A stretch of DNA of 64,000 nucleotides from Bilabrum cf. latius (taxonomy: Eukaryota). The stretch's first letter is position 1. Each line of letters begins with the position of its first letter. The DNA is taken from positions 310,001 to 374,000 of the forward strand of contig OZ237740.1 in the NCBI GenBank assembly GCA_965178125.1, written 5' to 3'. The notes beneath the pieces were generated by a model. It had not been told where the DNA came from and made no database searches. It saw nothing but the letters and a program-made list of their open reading frames with translations. This document shows positions 1 through 12,091 of this stretch, in pieces. A program made the translations under genes and the position numbers.

Positions 1-1019
1 CCACGGCAGCAGCCGCGGCGGCAGCCACAGCAGCAGCCACTCCGAGTCGCCTTGGGCTTCTTCTCGGTTGCTTCTCGGGCTGTACCTCATGTCCTCCTTC
101 ATGCTCACTGCGCTTCGCCGAACTGGCGCAGTGCCGTTGTCTCCCGTCGTCACTGCTCCCTTCCACCCTCGATCCATCTTCACTGGCCAACTTTGACCCG
201 CTGGACTTTACATTTCCTGGGTATGCTGCTTCTCCGGCGTGCCAGAGGTTTCTAGCCCGGATCGACGTGCGAATCCTGGGTCTCTTCCTGCCTCCAAACG
301 TTCGCCTCGTCCCCTTCGATCTGCGTTGTATTTTCCTCAAGGTCATCTGATCGTCTCCCTCGCTTTCAGAACTGCGGAGGAGTGAGAGAGAGCGGCTAGT
401 GAGGAAGTACAGGAGTTGCGGCAACTAGGGTTGGGCTAAGGGAAGGGGGGAGGCGGGGTTGAGGACGGAGCAGAGGGAGAGGGGCGACGGTCCACCGAAA
501 GGGGTGAGGAAGTAGTGGAGGAGAAGATGATTGGTGGGGTCATCAGGTTCATACGGCGGATAGGAAGGAGGAGGCACAGGCCGGGGAGGTGGGGGGTTGG
601 GCATGTGTGTGACGAGTCGGATCACCCGACCACATGCGGATGTGGTGGAAGTTGAGAGGTCACAATTCACTAGGTGAATGTTCAATTCGGACCACAAAAA
701 TCCTGAATCCGTATAGATTCCGGAACACCCCGGAGTCTAGAATCTAGATTCTAGATCGGCCCTTCAGTATCCCTGAGACAGGACTCAAGAGATACTGAAG
801 GACCCTATCTCTAAGACAGAGATACTGAAGGGCAGCGGGATCTCGCTGTCAATCCGGAGTCCGGAATCCGGATCCAAATCTAACCCAGATCCCGATTAAT
901 ATCAAAGATGGGTATACCGCATGGATAGATCTACAGGTTCTTATGTGCTTCGGAGTCCGATTTAACACCACACTCCAACCAACCACAAAAAGACTTTGCG
1001 GTGCGCCACGTACACAAAC

Positions 1020-1640
1020 ACCACCCTGCACCCAGCCCATATCAAAAGCGACCTCCCATCACGGATGCTGCAGTGCACCACACACACACAGCACCCTGCA
1101 CCCAGCCCGATTCAAAAGCGACCTCCCATCACGGATGCTGCAGTGCACCACACACACACAGCACCCTGCACCCAGCCCATATCAAAAGCGACCTCCCATC
1201 GTGGATCCTGCAGTGCGCCACACACACACAGCACCCTGCACCCAGCCCATATCAAAAGCGACCTCCCATCACGGATCCTGCAGTGCACCACACACACACA
1301 GCACCCTGCACCCAGCCCATATCAAAAGCGACCTCCCATCGTGGATCCTGCAGTGCATCACACACACACAGCACCCTGCACCCAGCCCGATTCAAAAGCG
1401 ACCTCCCATCACGGATCCTGCAGTGCACCACACACACACAGCACCCTGCACCCAGCCCATATCAAAAGCGACCTCCCATCACGGATCCTGCAGTGCACCA
1501 CGCACTCGCAGCACCCTGCACCCAGTGCACAACGCACTCGCAGCACCCTGCCCCCAGCCCAATTCAAAAGCGACCTCCCATCACGGATGCTGCAGTGCAC
1601 CATGCACACACACAGCACCCTGCACCCAGCCCACCCAGCA
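1020..1640. repeat. ~70-bp minisatellite of the A/B cassette (array 1, ~9 units)
   Basis: Tandem units CAGCACCCTGCACCCAGCCCATATCAAAAGCGACCTCCCATCACGGATGCTGCAGTGCACCACACACACA directly 3' of the gene A stop; same repeat at 10921-10985, 11600-12045 and 20627-21158. Confidence 0.95.
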
Positions 1641-1653
1641 GTGATGTGACCTT

Positions 1654-4347
1654 TCACTTGCAAGTGGCATACACTGTGGACACACCACTTCCCTGAATGT
1701 CAAGCTCGTAGTCCTGTTCCGGTACACCGATGGCCAGGGCGCGCCTAGATGCATCGTAGCGAGCTTGCTCTTTCCCTTCCAGCCTCGAGTCGTACGATGA
1801 GAACACACCCGAGTCGAGGCTTATGTGCCCCCTCTCTGCTTTAGCATACTCTGCACGAGCCGCCTCCAGCCCGCGTCTGGCATCATCAGCCTCGCCAGCC
1901 GACGTTGGAAGGTAGTGGTCCAGCCACTTCATACCAGTGCCACTCGTCGCCATCACCTGCAGGCACATGTGCGTGCTGGTGTGACGGTGCTTCTGGGTGG
2001 TAGGGAACGGCTTCAGGTCCGACTCGACGTGGAAGGGGTGTCCGAAATTCACACCAAGCACGGCACGCATTGCATTCATGCCGAAGCTTCTGATCTCGGC
2101 CATGGACTCCAGCCGAGGATAGAGACTGCTGCCGCGACTCCCGCTGTTGCAAGCTGATGGCAATTGAATCAACACCGGGACTGGCAGCGAGTCATCAGGC
2201 TTGGCATACAGAGTCCAGGTGCCTGCCACAGGGAGCCTCACGCCGATTGAAGTAGCGTCCTCCCCCGGCTCAGATCCAACTGCCGATGTGCCAGCGTCTG
2301 CGAATATCGTCAGTGGGGCCACACGATCCACAGACACTTCCAGAAGCATCGGTGGTATCGCCTTACTCGCGGCGCTCTTGTGCTTGTCACCCCAGCTCAG
2401 CTGAACGCCGTGCTTATGCTACATAGGCGCGTCTTGTAGCTGACAAGACGTCAACCCACGCCGCAGCCCGCTCAGCCCATACGCCTGCAGCTTGAACGTG
2501 TTAGCCACATCGGCCGGATCCACCTTGCGGTAGATCACGTTGACTCCTCCAATGCTGTCCTCTCGCCCCTTCGCACTCGCACTCGGACTCGGACTCGGCG
2601 ATGTATCAGGCGACCCCTCCTCGTCGTGCTGCAGCTTGCCAGCCGTGTACACGCCGGCCTCAGACCGTAACAGGCTGCCCTCCACCGCGCGGAAGAGCGG
2701 CTTCGTCTTGCACTGCTCGCTCCCGATGCTGTGGGGATTACCCCACACTAGTGTCTACTTCGTAGCCCTCGGCAGCATGATCTCCACAGGACGAACGTAC
2801 CCCACTTCCAGCGGCGAGCAGAACGAGGACGCCAGACACACGTGCCGGGCCTGGCACAGACCGTCCGGCTCTGAGTCGCCCTTGACACCGCACCTAGGCA
2901 GCGGGTGCCTGCACACCCCTCCCTCCTGCTCCGCCTTTTTGCGGTACTTGTCCGGGCAGTAGTCGCCAGTGCCCAGGATCGCATGCAGGGCGCGCTTCCG
3001 GATCGATTCGAGATTAGTAAGCCGGCACGTCTCGCCCAGCAGCGCCTCTCCCTTCTCGGGCAGCGGCCTGCCGTACTTGTGCTCGAATGACGTGCACTCC
3101 AGGCTAGACGGCGGTTGGTATCGAGTGCCGCCGCGCTTGCCGCACGCCAGGTGGATGCCGCTGCCATCGCCCCCAGCAGATCCATCAGCCGCCGACTCGC
3201 CAGAGACGTACGACATGTAGTGCGACACGGAGCTGAGGCACGCCCTGCACGCGTCTGTCGCCTGCTGGTGGTACTCGTTGACGATCTTGGTGGTGGTGCT
3301 GCCGTCCGGATGCCTGTGCTCGTGCTCTGACTCGAACTTGTTCACGAGAGCAAACTCAGAGTCGTTCAGGTGGCAGGACTTGCGGAAGGCCTCGTGCTTC
3401 CTGGCCATCTCTTCGCAGTCCTGCAGCGGGTACGGCTTGGCTTCTGGGAATCCATTCGCGCTGCGCTCGTTGTGGATCTTGATCAGGTAGTTGAGCACCT
3501 CCTCGCAGTCTGCCCTGGGCAGGCCCGTCTCAGCCGACAGCCGCAGCAGCGTGCTTGCACCGTGCGACGCAAACACGTTGTGCGAGGCCTGCCGAATGCG
3601 CTCCTGCATGGCGGCTTCGATGAGGAACTTCCTGGCCTTGGCGGCTTGCAGCACCTGGGATAGTGGGATGTCCTTGAGCTCGTTGCCGTCGGCGTCCAGC
3701 ATCTAGGTATCCCCGGACATGAAGCACATCCTCCCGACCGCTTCCATGCTCTCCACCCTGCCGCGGCTCGACCGCTTGCCTGCCTCCATCGCTATGCGGG
3801 TGCACGCCTCCCAGTCGCCGAAGAGAGCCAGGCCGTGCAGGGCCCAGAACTTCATGTCCACCACGGCAGGCATCGTGTCCACCGTGGTGGCCCAGCGCTT
3901 GAGCCCAGCCATCATCGTCTCGCGGTCCTGCGTGGCGCTGACGAGGCTGGGCTCGCCTCCCCTGACGCTCACCGTGACGTCTGTGGCAAGCTGAGCTGTG
4001 CGCCGAGACTTGCCGGACGACCACGCCGCGCTGAGATCCAGTCCTGCCTTGCCCCCACTGGAGGCCAGCTCTGCCAGCTGCAGGGCCCGTTGGATGGTGG
4101 GCCCGTCCTCGCGGATGGAGCTGGTCTTGTACGAGGTGTCCACGACTTCCTCCCGCCCGTCCACGATGCGGGTGTACTTGGTGTTGGCGGTGATGGTGTG
4201 GTTGGAGCGAGACGCCGTGAGGATGTCACCGACTGAGATGGACTCTGCCGGGTCGAAGCTGGCCTGCAGGGAGAGGGCGGTGTCGGTGTGCTCGTCCGTG
4301 GAGGGCTTCTCGGAGCTGAACTTGCGGGTGACGGGGTAGGTTTCTTC
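1654..4347 (-). CDS. Gene A copy 1: ~898-codon frame (UAG=Gln) with MACPF-like C-terminal motif followed by Cys-rich regions; 5' start unresolved (spliced or truncated)
   Basis: Track ORFs 3703-4164, 2755-3702, 2419-2748 and 1654-2349 share one frame and are separated only by TAG; ends in TGA. Motif VSVRGGEP...LKRWATTVDTMPAVVDMKFWALHGL resembles the MACPF C-terminal GG...W...P signature. No ATG near the upstream TGA at 4348-4350. Confidence 0.7.
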
Positions 4348-4660
4348 TCATCGCGTAGTAGCTGATCGGTCCTGGCATGGTTGTCATATAGAACTTTGTT
4401 TGGTTTGGCTGCAGTTCCACGCCTACCTGCGAGTGCTCAGGTGCCGGACCTTTCGGTGAGGGCTCGAATGTTAATCCATCCGCCTGAAGTGCCACGCGCC
4501 GTCAATCCTTTCTCGGACTTTGGATGCCCTGATCCGGATCAGCTTCGCGACCGGTTGCAACCACTTCATTTGTAGCGTGTAAGAACCACTTGAAGACATG
4601 AATACGGAACTTGCGACTTTCGGAAAGGGATCTTCATTCTACCAGACCTCTTCTCATACA

Positions 4661-6070
4661 ATGGCTGGAGTCGCAGGAGCAACTGAAGCCGATAAATCCA
4701 GTTGTTCAAGTGACGGCGGGAAGGTGAGCGCCACTACTCATGCGGCTGATTGGGTCGATGAATCGCTGCGTGCGGACGATGGATGTGAAGCCGTCTCAAT
4801 CGGTGATGTGAAGTGGGAAATGATGAAAACCCGCATGGTTGGATTCAGCACTTTAGATCATATGACTGGCATGCCGGAAGGGTACGCCCTGACCAAGGTT
4901 TGCAAATACCATGAGGACGAGCTCGAGGTTTTCGATACTTCGTCTGGCAAGGTGGTCGCCACGATCAAGCTTGGACATAAAGGCGGCTCGTACTACGATC
5001 GGTTCTACATTCCCCGGTCTGCCATCTTTACCTTCATCGACATGCGGGTATACCACGTCAACCTGCACAAACTCGAAGCAACCGAGCTGCCTGGCTCGAA
5101 AGGCCACTGCTACAAGCCTGGGCTACTCGACCGTGCCACAAGCAACCAGCTGCGCCCATGGGCCAAGTTCGAGATGTACTCCTACTCGGCTACTACTGGC
5201 GAGTGGACCACCATCGAGGCGGCAGAGGTGCAGGCCACCGTTCCGATCGAATCGGAGCTACTGGAAGGCAAGCCGCTCCTCACCCGAGTCGACAAGACGC
5301 TGACGGGGCCCATCAGGGGCATGTCTGTCCACAAGGAGCGTCTCGTTGGATGCGGAGCACCGGGGCATTACATCAGGCTGCAGGACGGCCGAATTGCAGC
5401 ATGGACCGATCACGGGGAAGGGTTCGGTGGCCTGATCATGTGGGACATGGCGACCAAGAAGGTCCGCTTCGCCGCTGACTGCTTCCTGCTGGAAGGCAAC
5501 CCGAAATGCGAGGACTGGGAAGAGATTTGGGACGACAATGGAGAGACAGAAGGCACCCTTGTACAGGTGGGTCCCTCCATGGTGGCCCTGCTGCTGCAGA
5601 AGCACTAGTACGGCATCGTGCTCATCGACGTTGATCGCATGGAGCAGGTGGGGCTGGCAGCAGAGGGCGAGCACATCCACCTGGCCGAGGCCGTGCATGT
5701 GGAGGGCATGGACCATGCCATGCTGGTGGCTGGGACCGTGAGTCCTGGTAAAGTGCAGGTTTGGTGTCCTGTAGATGGTGATGCAGGTTGGTACAAGAAG
5801 CAGCAGGAGGTTGAGCTCGGCGAGAAGGTGACGGGAGTGACGGCTCTGAAGGCAATTCCGGGGGGCAAGCTGCTCATGTCTGCCCGGCAAGGCAGGTTCA
5901 ACAACCGATTTAGTGATGACCACCCCTTCAAGTGCTTCGAGCTGAAGGGTGTCAAGGTATAGCTGTCGGCTTCGACTGAGACCATCGATGATGAGACTGC
6001 TACCGCCGGTGCAAGCGGGGGCATGTTGCTCCAGGCGATGGAGGCGCATGCCGAATCTAGTTCTAGCTGA
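4661..6070 (+). CDS. Gene B copy 1: 469-aa beta-rich, putative beta-propeller/WD40-like protein (two UAG codons)
   Basis: Collinear with the uninterrupted paralog 18816-20231. TAG 5960-5962 aligns with CAG (20115-20117); TAG 5606-5608 aligns with AAG. Blade-like motifs LEVFDTSSGKVVATI, LIMWDMATKKV, KVQVWC, VTGVTALKAIPGGKLL. Confidence 0.8.
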
Positions 6071-7455
6071 TCTGTGCTTCCGGATTCGGACCACGAAATT
6101 GTGGATGGATTCTGCAGACTCTGTGACTACACTCCAACCAAACCATAAATAGACTCCGGTAAGACTTGGATCAGGCCCGACTGATTCCGAGTCGTTCGGG
6201 TCCTGGTTTGTGCTCCCGAGGCACTTCCCTGGGGGCAAGTGCTCGAGTGGAGGCTGAGACGGAACACGCAGCGCCACAGATATAAAGATCTGGGCAATGG
6301 AGTTCTATTGAAAGGTGGTGTCCACGAATTCTCTGGAATTTGCCGACTGTTGGCCACCGACGGGTCCGAAATGCCAACACTCACACTGCAACTCAACGCC
6401 ATGCGTACTCGCCTGCTTAGCGTATCACTCTTAGTGCGAATGTTGGTTTGAACGATTAACGAAGTATTGGAGGGTGTAAAAAGTGCGGCCGGTAGCGAGT
6501 TTCCGGGGTATATGAAGTTAACCGCAAAAATTTGACCCGTCTCGTGCCGCATCCGTGACGGCAGGGGGGGCGCAGCCGCAGCCGAGCTTACCTTTGTGTA
6601 AATACTATGCAAGGAAGCCCTAGATGCACCGGAATGCGCGTATAAGGCCGGCGGGACCGCGGACCAGGCACAGCAGCGCCGGCGAGATTATTTTCTCGTC
6701 AGCATGGCTCCCACTCTAGTTTCTTTTCACAGAAATGAGCTTGAAACCACGGCCACAGGCGGTAGCAGCCATGGTCGATTCCTTCCCTAAGCTAGGGCGG
6801 TCCGCCGAAGGCGACGAAGCGCCACTGATGGTGCGGGTGCTCAGGTGGACCATGCTCGACGGCACGCCAACAGGTGCGCAGCTAGCGTGCAACCGTAGTG
6901 CTGGAGGAGGCCCAGCTCGTGCAGGATCTAGTGGCTGCCGGCCTCGAGCTCTCCGCATCGTGGAAATCCTCCATGGCGCAGGAGAAGGCGGAGGCAGCGG
7001 CGCCCGGTTCAGGAGGGGACGCCGACGTGGGCGGGGAGAGTGTTCCGACGTCGCCGGCGCCACTACTCCGGCAGCGGCATGTGGTACCCTCGGGCGCTGA
7101 GGTTGTAGCTGGATCAAGCAGGAGAGCGTGACCTACATCCACACGCCAGATTCCGCTGCTGCGGTTGCCAAGGCGCTGCTGGCTGCCAGAGGTGGGCCAG
7201 CCGCATCGCCTCGACACACGTACTTGGCCGGGGCGGGGCCTCAGGTAGTGCTTCTTCGTCATCGTCTTCCAGCTCCGTTCCTAGAAGGGATATAGCCGAC
7301 AGTAGGGGGAAAGATGGGCTTGGACCCACACTCCTACCGTCGAGCGGATCCCACGCTGGGGTGGCTGTGCGGCCCTTACGGGCCCCGCCCAGCTCTGCTT
7401 TGCGTACAACCGCTCAACTCTCGGGAGACCTATTGGCTGCCTCTCCTTCTGCTCC

Positions 7456-9597
7456 GGATGTGCTTCTCGCCCTCTTATAGGGCAGAACTGCCGGGGCGGC
7501 TAGGGTTGACGCCGTAGGCTCTATTCAACGAGGGCTCGCCGGTGGGAAACAGGCAGAGGTATCTGATGGAGATGACGACGAGGGGGCAGCAGCCTCTGCG
7601 GCTGGTGAGAGAAGAGCACATCGTGGTGCAGCCTCTGCGGCTTGTGAAAGCAGAGCACACCGTGGTGCAGACTCTGCGGCTGGCGAGAGACGCGCACATC
7701 GTAGTGCAGACTCTGCGGCTGGTACGAGCAGAGCACATCGTAGTGCGGACTCTGCGGCTGGTGAGAGAATCGCACATCGTAGTGCAGACTCTGAGGCTGG
7801 CGAGAGAAGAGCACATCGTGGTGCAGACTCTGAGGCGAGTGAGAGAAGCGCACATCGTGGTGCAGACTCTGCGGCTGGCGAGAGACGCGCACATCGTAGT
7901 GCAGACTCTGAGGCTGGCGAGAGACGCGCACATCATGGTGCAGACTCTGAGGCTGGCGAGAGACGCGCACATTGTAGTGCAGACTCTGAGGCTGGCGAGA
8001 GAAGTGCACATCGTGGTGCAGACTCTGCGGCTGGCGAGAGACGCGCACATCATGGTGAAGGCTCGGCGGCTGCTGTGAGCATCGCGCCTTGCTATAGATG
8101 TCAGCTGCCTGTCCTTCCGCCCCGGATGTGCGTCTTGCCCTCTTATAGGGCAGAACTGCCGGGGCGGCTAGGGTTGTCGCCGTAGGCTCTATTCAACGAG
8201 GGCTCGCCGGTGGGAAACAGGCAGAGGTATCTGATGGAGATGACGACGAGGAGACTCTGCTGCTAGGGTGAGCAGAGCACATCGTGGTGGAGACTCTGCG
8301 GCTGGCGAGAGACGCGCACATCATGGTGCAGACTCTGCGGCTGGTGAGAGCAGAGCACATCGTAGTGCGGACTCGGAGGCTGGCGAGAGAAGAGCACATC
8401 GTGGTGCAGACTCTGAGGCGAGTGAGAGAAGCGCACATCGTGGTGCAGACTCGGAGGCTGGCGAGAGACGCGCACATCGTGGTGCAGACTCGGAGGCTGG
8501 CGAGAGACGCGCACATTGTGGTGCAGACTCTGAGGCTGGCGAGAGACGCGCACATTGTAGTGCAGACTCTGAGGCTGGCGAGAGAAGTGCACATCGTGGT
8601 GCAGACTCTGCGGCTGGCGAGAGACGCGCACATCATGGTGAAGGCTCGGCGGCTGCTGTGAGCATCGCGCCTTGCTATAGATGTCAGCTGCCTGTCCTTC
8701 CGCCCCGGATGTGCGTCTTGCCCTCTTATAGGGCAGAACTGCCGGGGCGGCTAGGGTTGTCGCCGTAGGCTCTATTCAACGAGGGCTCGCCGGTGGGAAA
8801 CAGGCAGAGGTATCTGATGGAGATGACGACGAGGAGACTCTGCTGCTAGGGTGAGCAGAGCACATCGTGGTGGAGACTCTGCGGCTGGTGAGAGCAGAGC
8901 ACATCATGGTGCAGACTTTAAGGCTGGCGAGTGACGCGCACATCGTGGTGCAGACTCTGCGGCTGGCGAGAGAAGCGCACATCGTAGTGCAGACTCTGAG
9001 GCGAGTGAGAGAAGCGCACATCACGGTGCAGACTCTGCGGCTGGCGAGAGAAGTGCACATCGTAGTGCAGACTCTGAGGCTGGCGAGAGACGCGCACATC
9101 GTGGTGCAGACTCTGAGGCTGGTAAGAGACGCGCTCGTCGTGGTGCAGACTATGCAGCTGGCGAGAGAAGTGCACATCGTGGTGCAGACTCTGCGGCTGG
9201 CGAGAGACGCGCACATTGTAGTGCAGACTCTGAGGCGAGTGAGAGAAGTGCACATCATGGTGCAGACTCTGCGGCTGGTGCGAGACGCGCACATCGTGGT
9301 GAAGGCTCGGCGGCTGCTGTGAGCATCGCGCCTTGCTATAGATGTCAGCTGCCTGTCCTTCCGCCCCGGATGTGCGTCTTGCCCTCTTATAGGGCAGAAC
9401 TGCCGGGGCGGCTAGGGTTGTCGCCGTAGGCTCTATTCAACGAGGGCTCGCCGGTGGGAAACAGGCAGAGGTATCTGATGGAGATGACGACGAGGAGACT
9501 CTGCTGCTAGGGTGAGCAGAGCACATCGTGGTGGAGACTCTGCGGCTGGTGAGAGCAGAGCACATCGTGGTGCAGACTCTGAGGCTGGTGAGAGCAA
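7456..9597. repeat. 39-bp minisatellite in four higher-order blocks inside SDR1
   Basis: Unit GGTGCAGACTCTGCGGCTGGCGAGAGACGCGCACATCGT; blocks separated by a repeated ~190-bp spacer (near 7456, 8080, 8663, 9324). Confidence 0.95.
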
Positions 9598-9621
9598 AAC
9601 TTCAAGGAGGTCACGGACGGC

Positions 9622-10231
9622 GTGCTCAAGGCGGGCAAACCCGAAGAGATCCTTGCCCTCGAGGCTCTAGTAGTGGGCATCGGCAGCACGTGTCGCGGCA
9701 ACGAGCTGAGGTCCCGGACCATGGATGACGCGAGTATGATGTACAAGGGCAAGCGCACATATATGGCCATGTTCTCTCTCCGGAAGACAACAGCTCTGAA
9801 AGACACGCCGTAGGTAGTGCTCATCCCAATGGGCCAGACCGCACCGAAGCGACTGGACGAGGTGCACCAGCGAACCACGATCTGGGGGATATTGCAGTAG
9901 ACTAGCCGGCTGTGGCGACGACCCTGCTGACCCCAAGACCTATCGGTTCGTGAAGTCGGACGCCAAGACGACAAAGCGTTGACAAGCAGGCTGGTCGACA
10001 GCCATCAGGAGGAGGATGGAGGCGTACTGCACGGGCACGAGAGATATCACGGAGTTCTTCAGCACGCACTCTAGGCGAACGGGCAACAGTCGCCGCCGTG
10101 GGTGGTATGGCAGTGGAGGCCTGGTACAAGCACGCCGACTGAAGTCGTTGGAGAATGCCGTGTACTGCATGAGCAAGGACCACTTGCCCAAGGTGGCCGT
10201 GGCTTTCAAGCAGGCAGCAGCGGAGCTCTAA
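9622..10231 (+). pseudogene. Tyrosine recombinase remnant of SDR1
   Basis: Box I-like LVVGIGSTCRGNELRS..D, RKT, and box II-like FSTHSRRTG...LVQARRLKSLENAVY; frameshifted. Confidence 0.7.
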
Positions 10232-11599
10232 GGTATGAGTCAGAATGGCGAGGGGACAACGGACGGGCGCCCCTCCCGTCCGAGTAGCATCAATATGGTG
10301 TGGGGCTGCCGAGGCGGGCAGCCCTTGGGTGAGGCTGGTGCGGGCCAGCTCACACCGTCCCCATCGCCGTCTTTCTCAGCAAATACCAACCGGCAGGTTG
10401 GACAGAGATTAATTATGCCTTCGTATTATAACAAATCGGGACCCGGTAAGACTTGGGATCAGGCCCGACTGATTCCGAGTCGTTCGGGTCCTGGTTTGTG
10501 CTCCCGAGGCACTTCCCTGGGGGCAAGTGCTCGAGTGGAGGCTGAGACGGAACACGCAGCGCCACAGATATAAAGATCTGGGCAATGGAGTTCTATTGAA
10601 AGCCCGCCCACCCGTGAGCTCGTGGAGGGTCTACGACAGGACAGACCGGCTGCGGTGCAGGATGCTACCTGCTGATCCGGCCAACTGGTCCCTGCTTGAC
10701 GTGTTTTATGTGTGATTGATATCAAACCTGCCGGCAGGGAGCTCACGTTCCCTGACGACGATCGGGACGTGATGGTGTGGGGCTGCCGAGGCGGGCAGCC
10801 CTTGGGTGAGGCTGGTGCGGGCCAGCTCACACCGTCCCCATCGCCGTCTTTCTCAGCAAATACCAACCGGCAGGTTGGACAGAGATTAATTATGCCTTCG
10901 TATTATAACAAATCGGGACCTGCAGTGCACCACGCACTCACACAGCACCCTGCACCCAGCCCAATTCAAAAGCGACCTCCCATTATGTTATATGTACCCG
11001 GACATCAGGATTGAAGCAACGGGGAGCAGAGGTGAGACGGAAGACGAGGTGGGCGCAGGAGGACAGAAGGTGGAGAAGAAGAGGGGGACACCGGCACAGG
11101 CGACGACAGTGCGGTGTCAACAGGGAGAACACAACGGGAGGAATGGGGGCTCCAGGTGCAAGGCACGAGGGAGACGCGGGTGGCAGCGGACTGCATGGCC
11201 AGCAGCACGCAGAAGGCCAACAGGCGGGTGGACAGATGGGGCGCACGGCAGGTCGGCCAGGACCGGCGCGTGCAAGCTGAAAGGATAGGGCCAAGGTGGC
11301 AATGCTGGGAGCAAAGCACACGGTCCCTAGGGCGGGGAACAGGAACAGGAAGCCATGTGGCGACAAGGCCAGTCGCGTGCATTGGGAAAGTGGCGTGTTC
11401 ATTCGTAGTGTCAGATGAATACCGCATTCAGGTGGACCGGTGAAGAACCAGTCGTTCGGGGTGAAGCCCAGTGGGTCCGCGGGACCGGGGGCAGGAATTT
11501 TTCTTTTTGGTAACTGCCAACCAGTGGGGATTGCAGCAGCCGTGAAGATGAGCCAATGGGTGTGGTTGAAGGAACAAATCTGATCTGTAGTCTAGGTTC

Positions 11600-12045
11600 A
11601 TGGATGCTGCAGTGCACCACGCACTCACACAGCATCCTGCCCCCAGACCAATTCAAAAGCGACCTCCCTTCATGGATGCTGCACTGCACCACGCACTCAC
11701 ACAGCACCCTGCCCCCAGCCCAATTCAAAAGCGACCTCCCATCATGGATGCTGCAATGCACCACGCACTAGCAGCACCCTGCACCCAGCTCATCTCAAAA
11801 GCGACCTCCCATCATGGATGCTGCACTGCACCACGCACTCACAGCACCCTGCACCCAGCTCATCTCAAAAGCGACCTCCCATCACGGATGCTGCAATGCA
11901 CCACGCACTCACAGCACCCTGCACCCAGCCCAATTCAAAAGCGACCTCCCACCATGGATGTTGCACTGCACCACGCACTCACACAGCACCCTGCCCCCAG
12001 CCCAATTCAAAAGCGACCTCCCATCACGGATGCTGCAGTGCACCA
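11600..12045. repeat. ~70-bp minisatellite (array 2)
   Basis: Same unit as 1020-1640, directly 3' of gene A copy 2. Confidence 0.95.
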
Positions 12046-12091
12046 TACAATCATAGCGTCCAATCCGGCCCATCCAGTAGTAATATGACTC

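Larger units (their letters stand above)
6157..10920 (+). mobile_element. SDR1: decayed split-direct-repeat tyrosine-recombinase retrotransposon (Ngaro/PAT/TOC1-like, DIRS order)
   Basis: A1 6157-6313 ... B1 10295-10443, abutting A2 10444-10601, spacer, B2 10772-10920. No TSD: removal gives AGACTC|TGCAGTGC, matching the uninterrupted homolog near 990-1005. YR remnant just upstream of B1. Confidence 0.88.

Noticed and set aside
1-697. Minus-strand frame open to the window start when TAG is read as Gln
   Set aside because: Low complexity with no recognisable motif; it may be the 5' end of another element but cannot be supported here.
943-1696. Long ORFs in minisatellites (also 7475-9322, 11600-12282, 28023-28464, 38991-41188)
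   Set aside because: Open in several frames and both strands because the repeat units lack stops; no independent coding evidence.
5258-6277. Antisense ORFs over genes A and B (also 19278-20210, 13027-14456)
   Set aside because: Shadow or alternate frames of GC-rich coding sequence.
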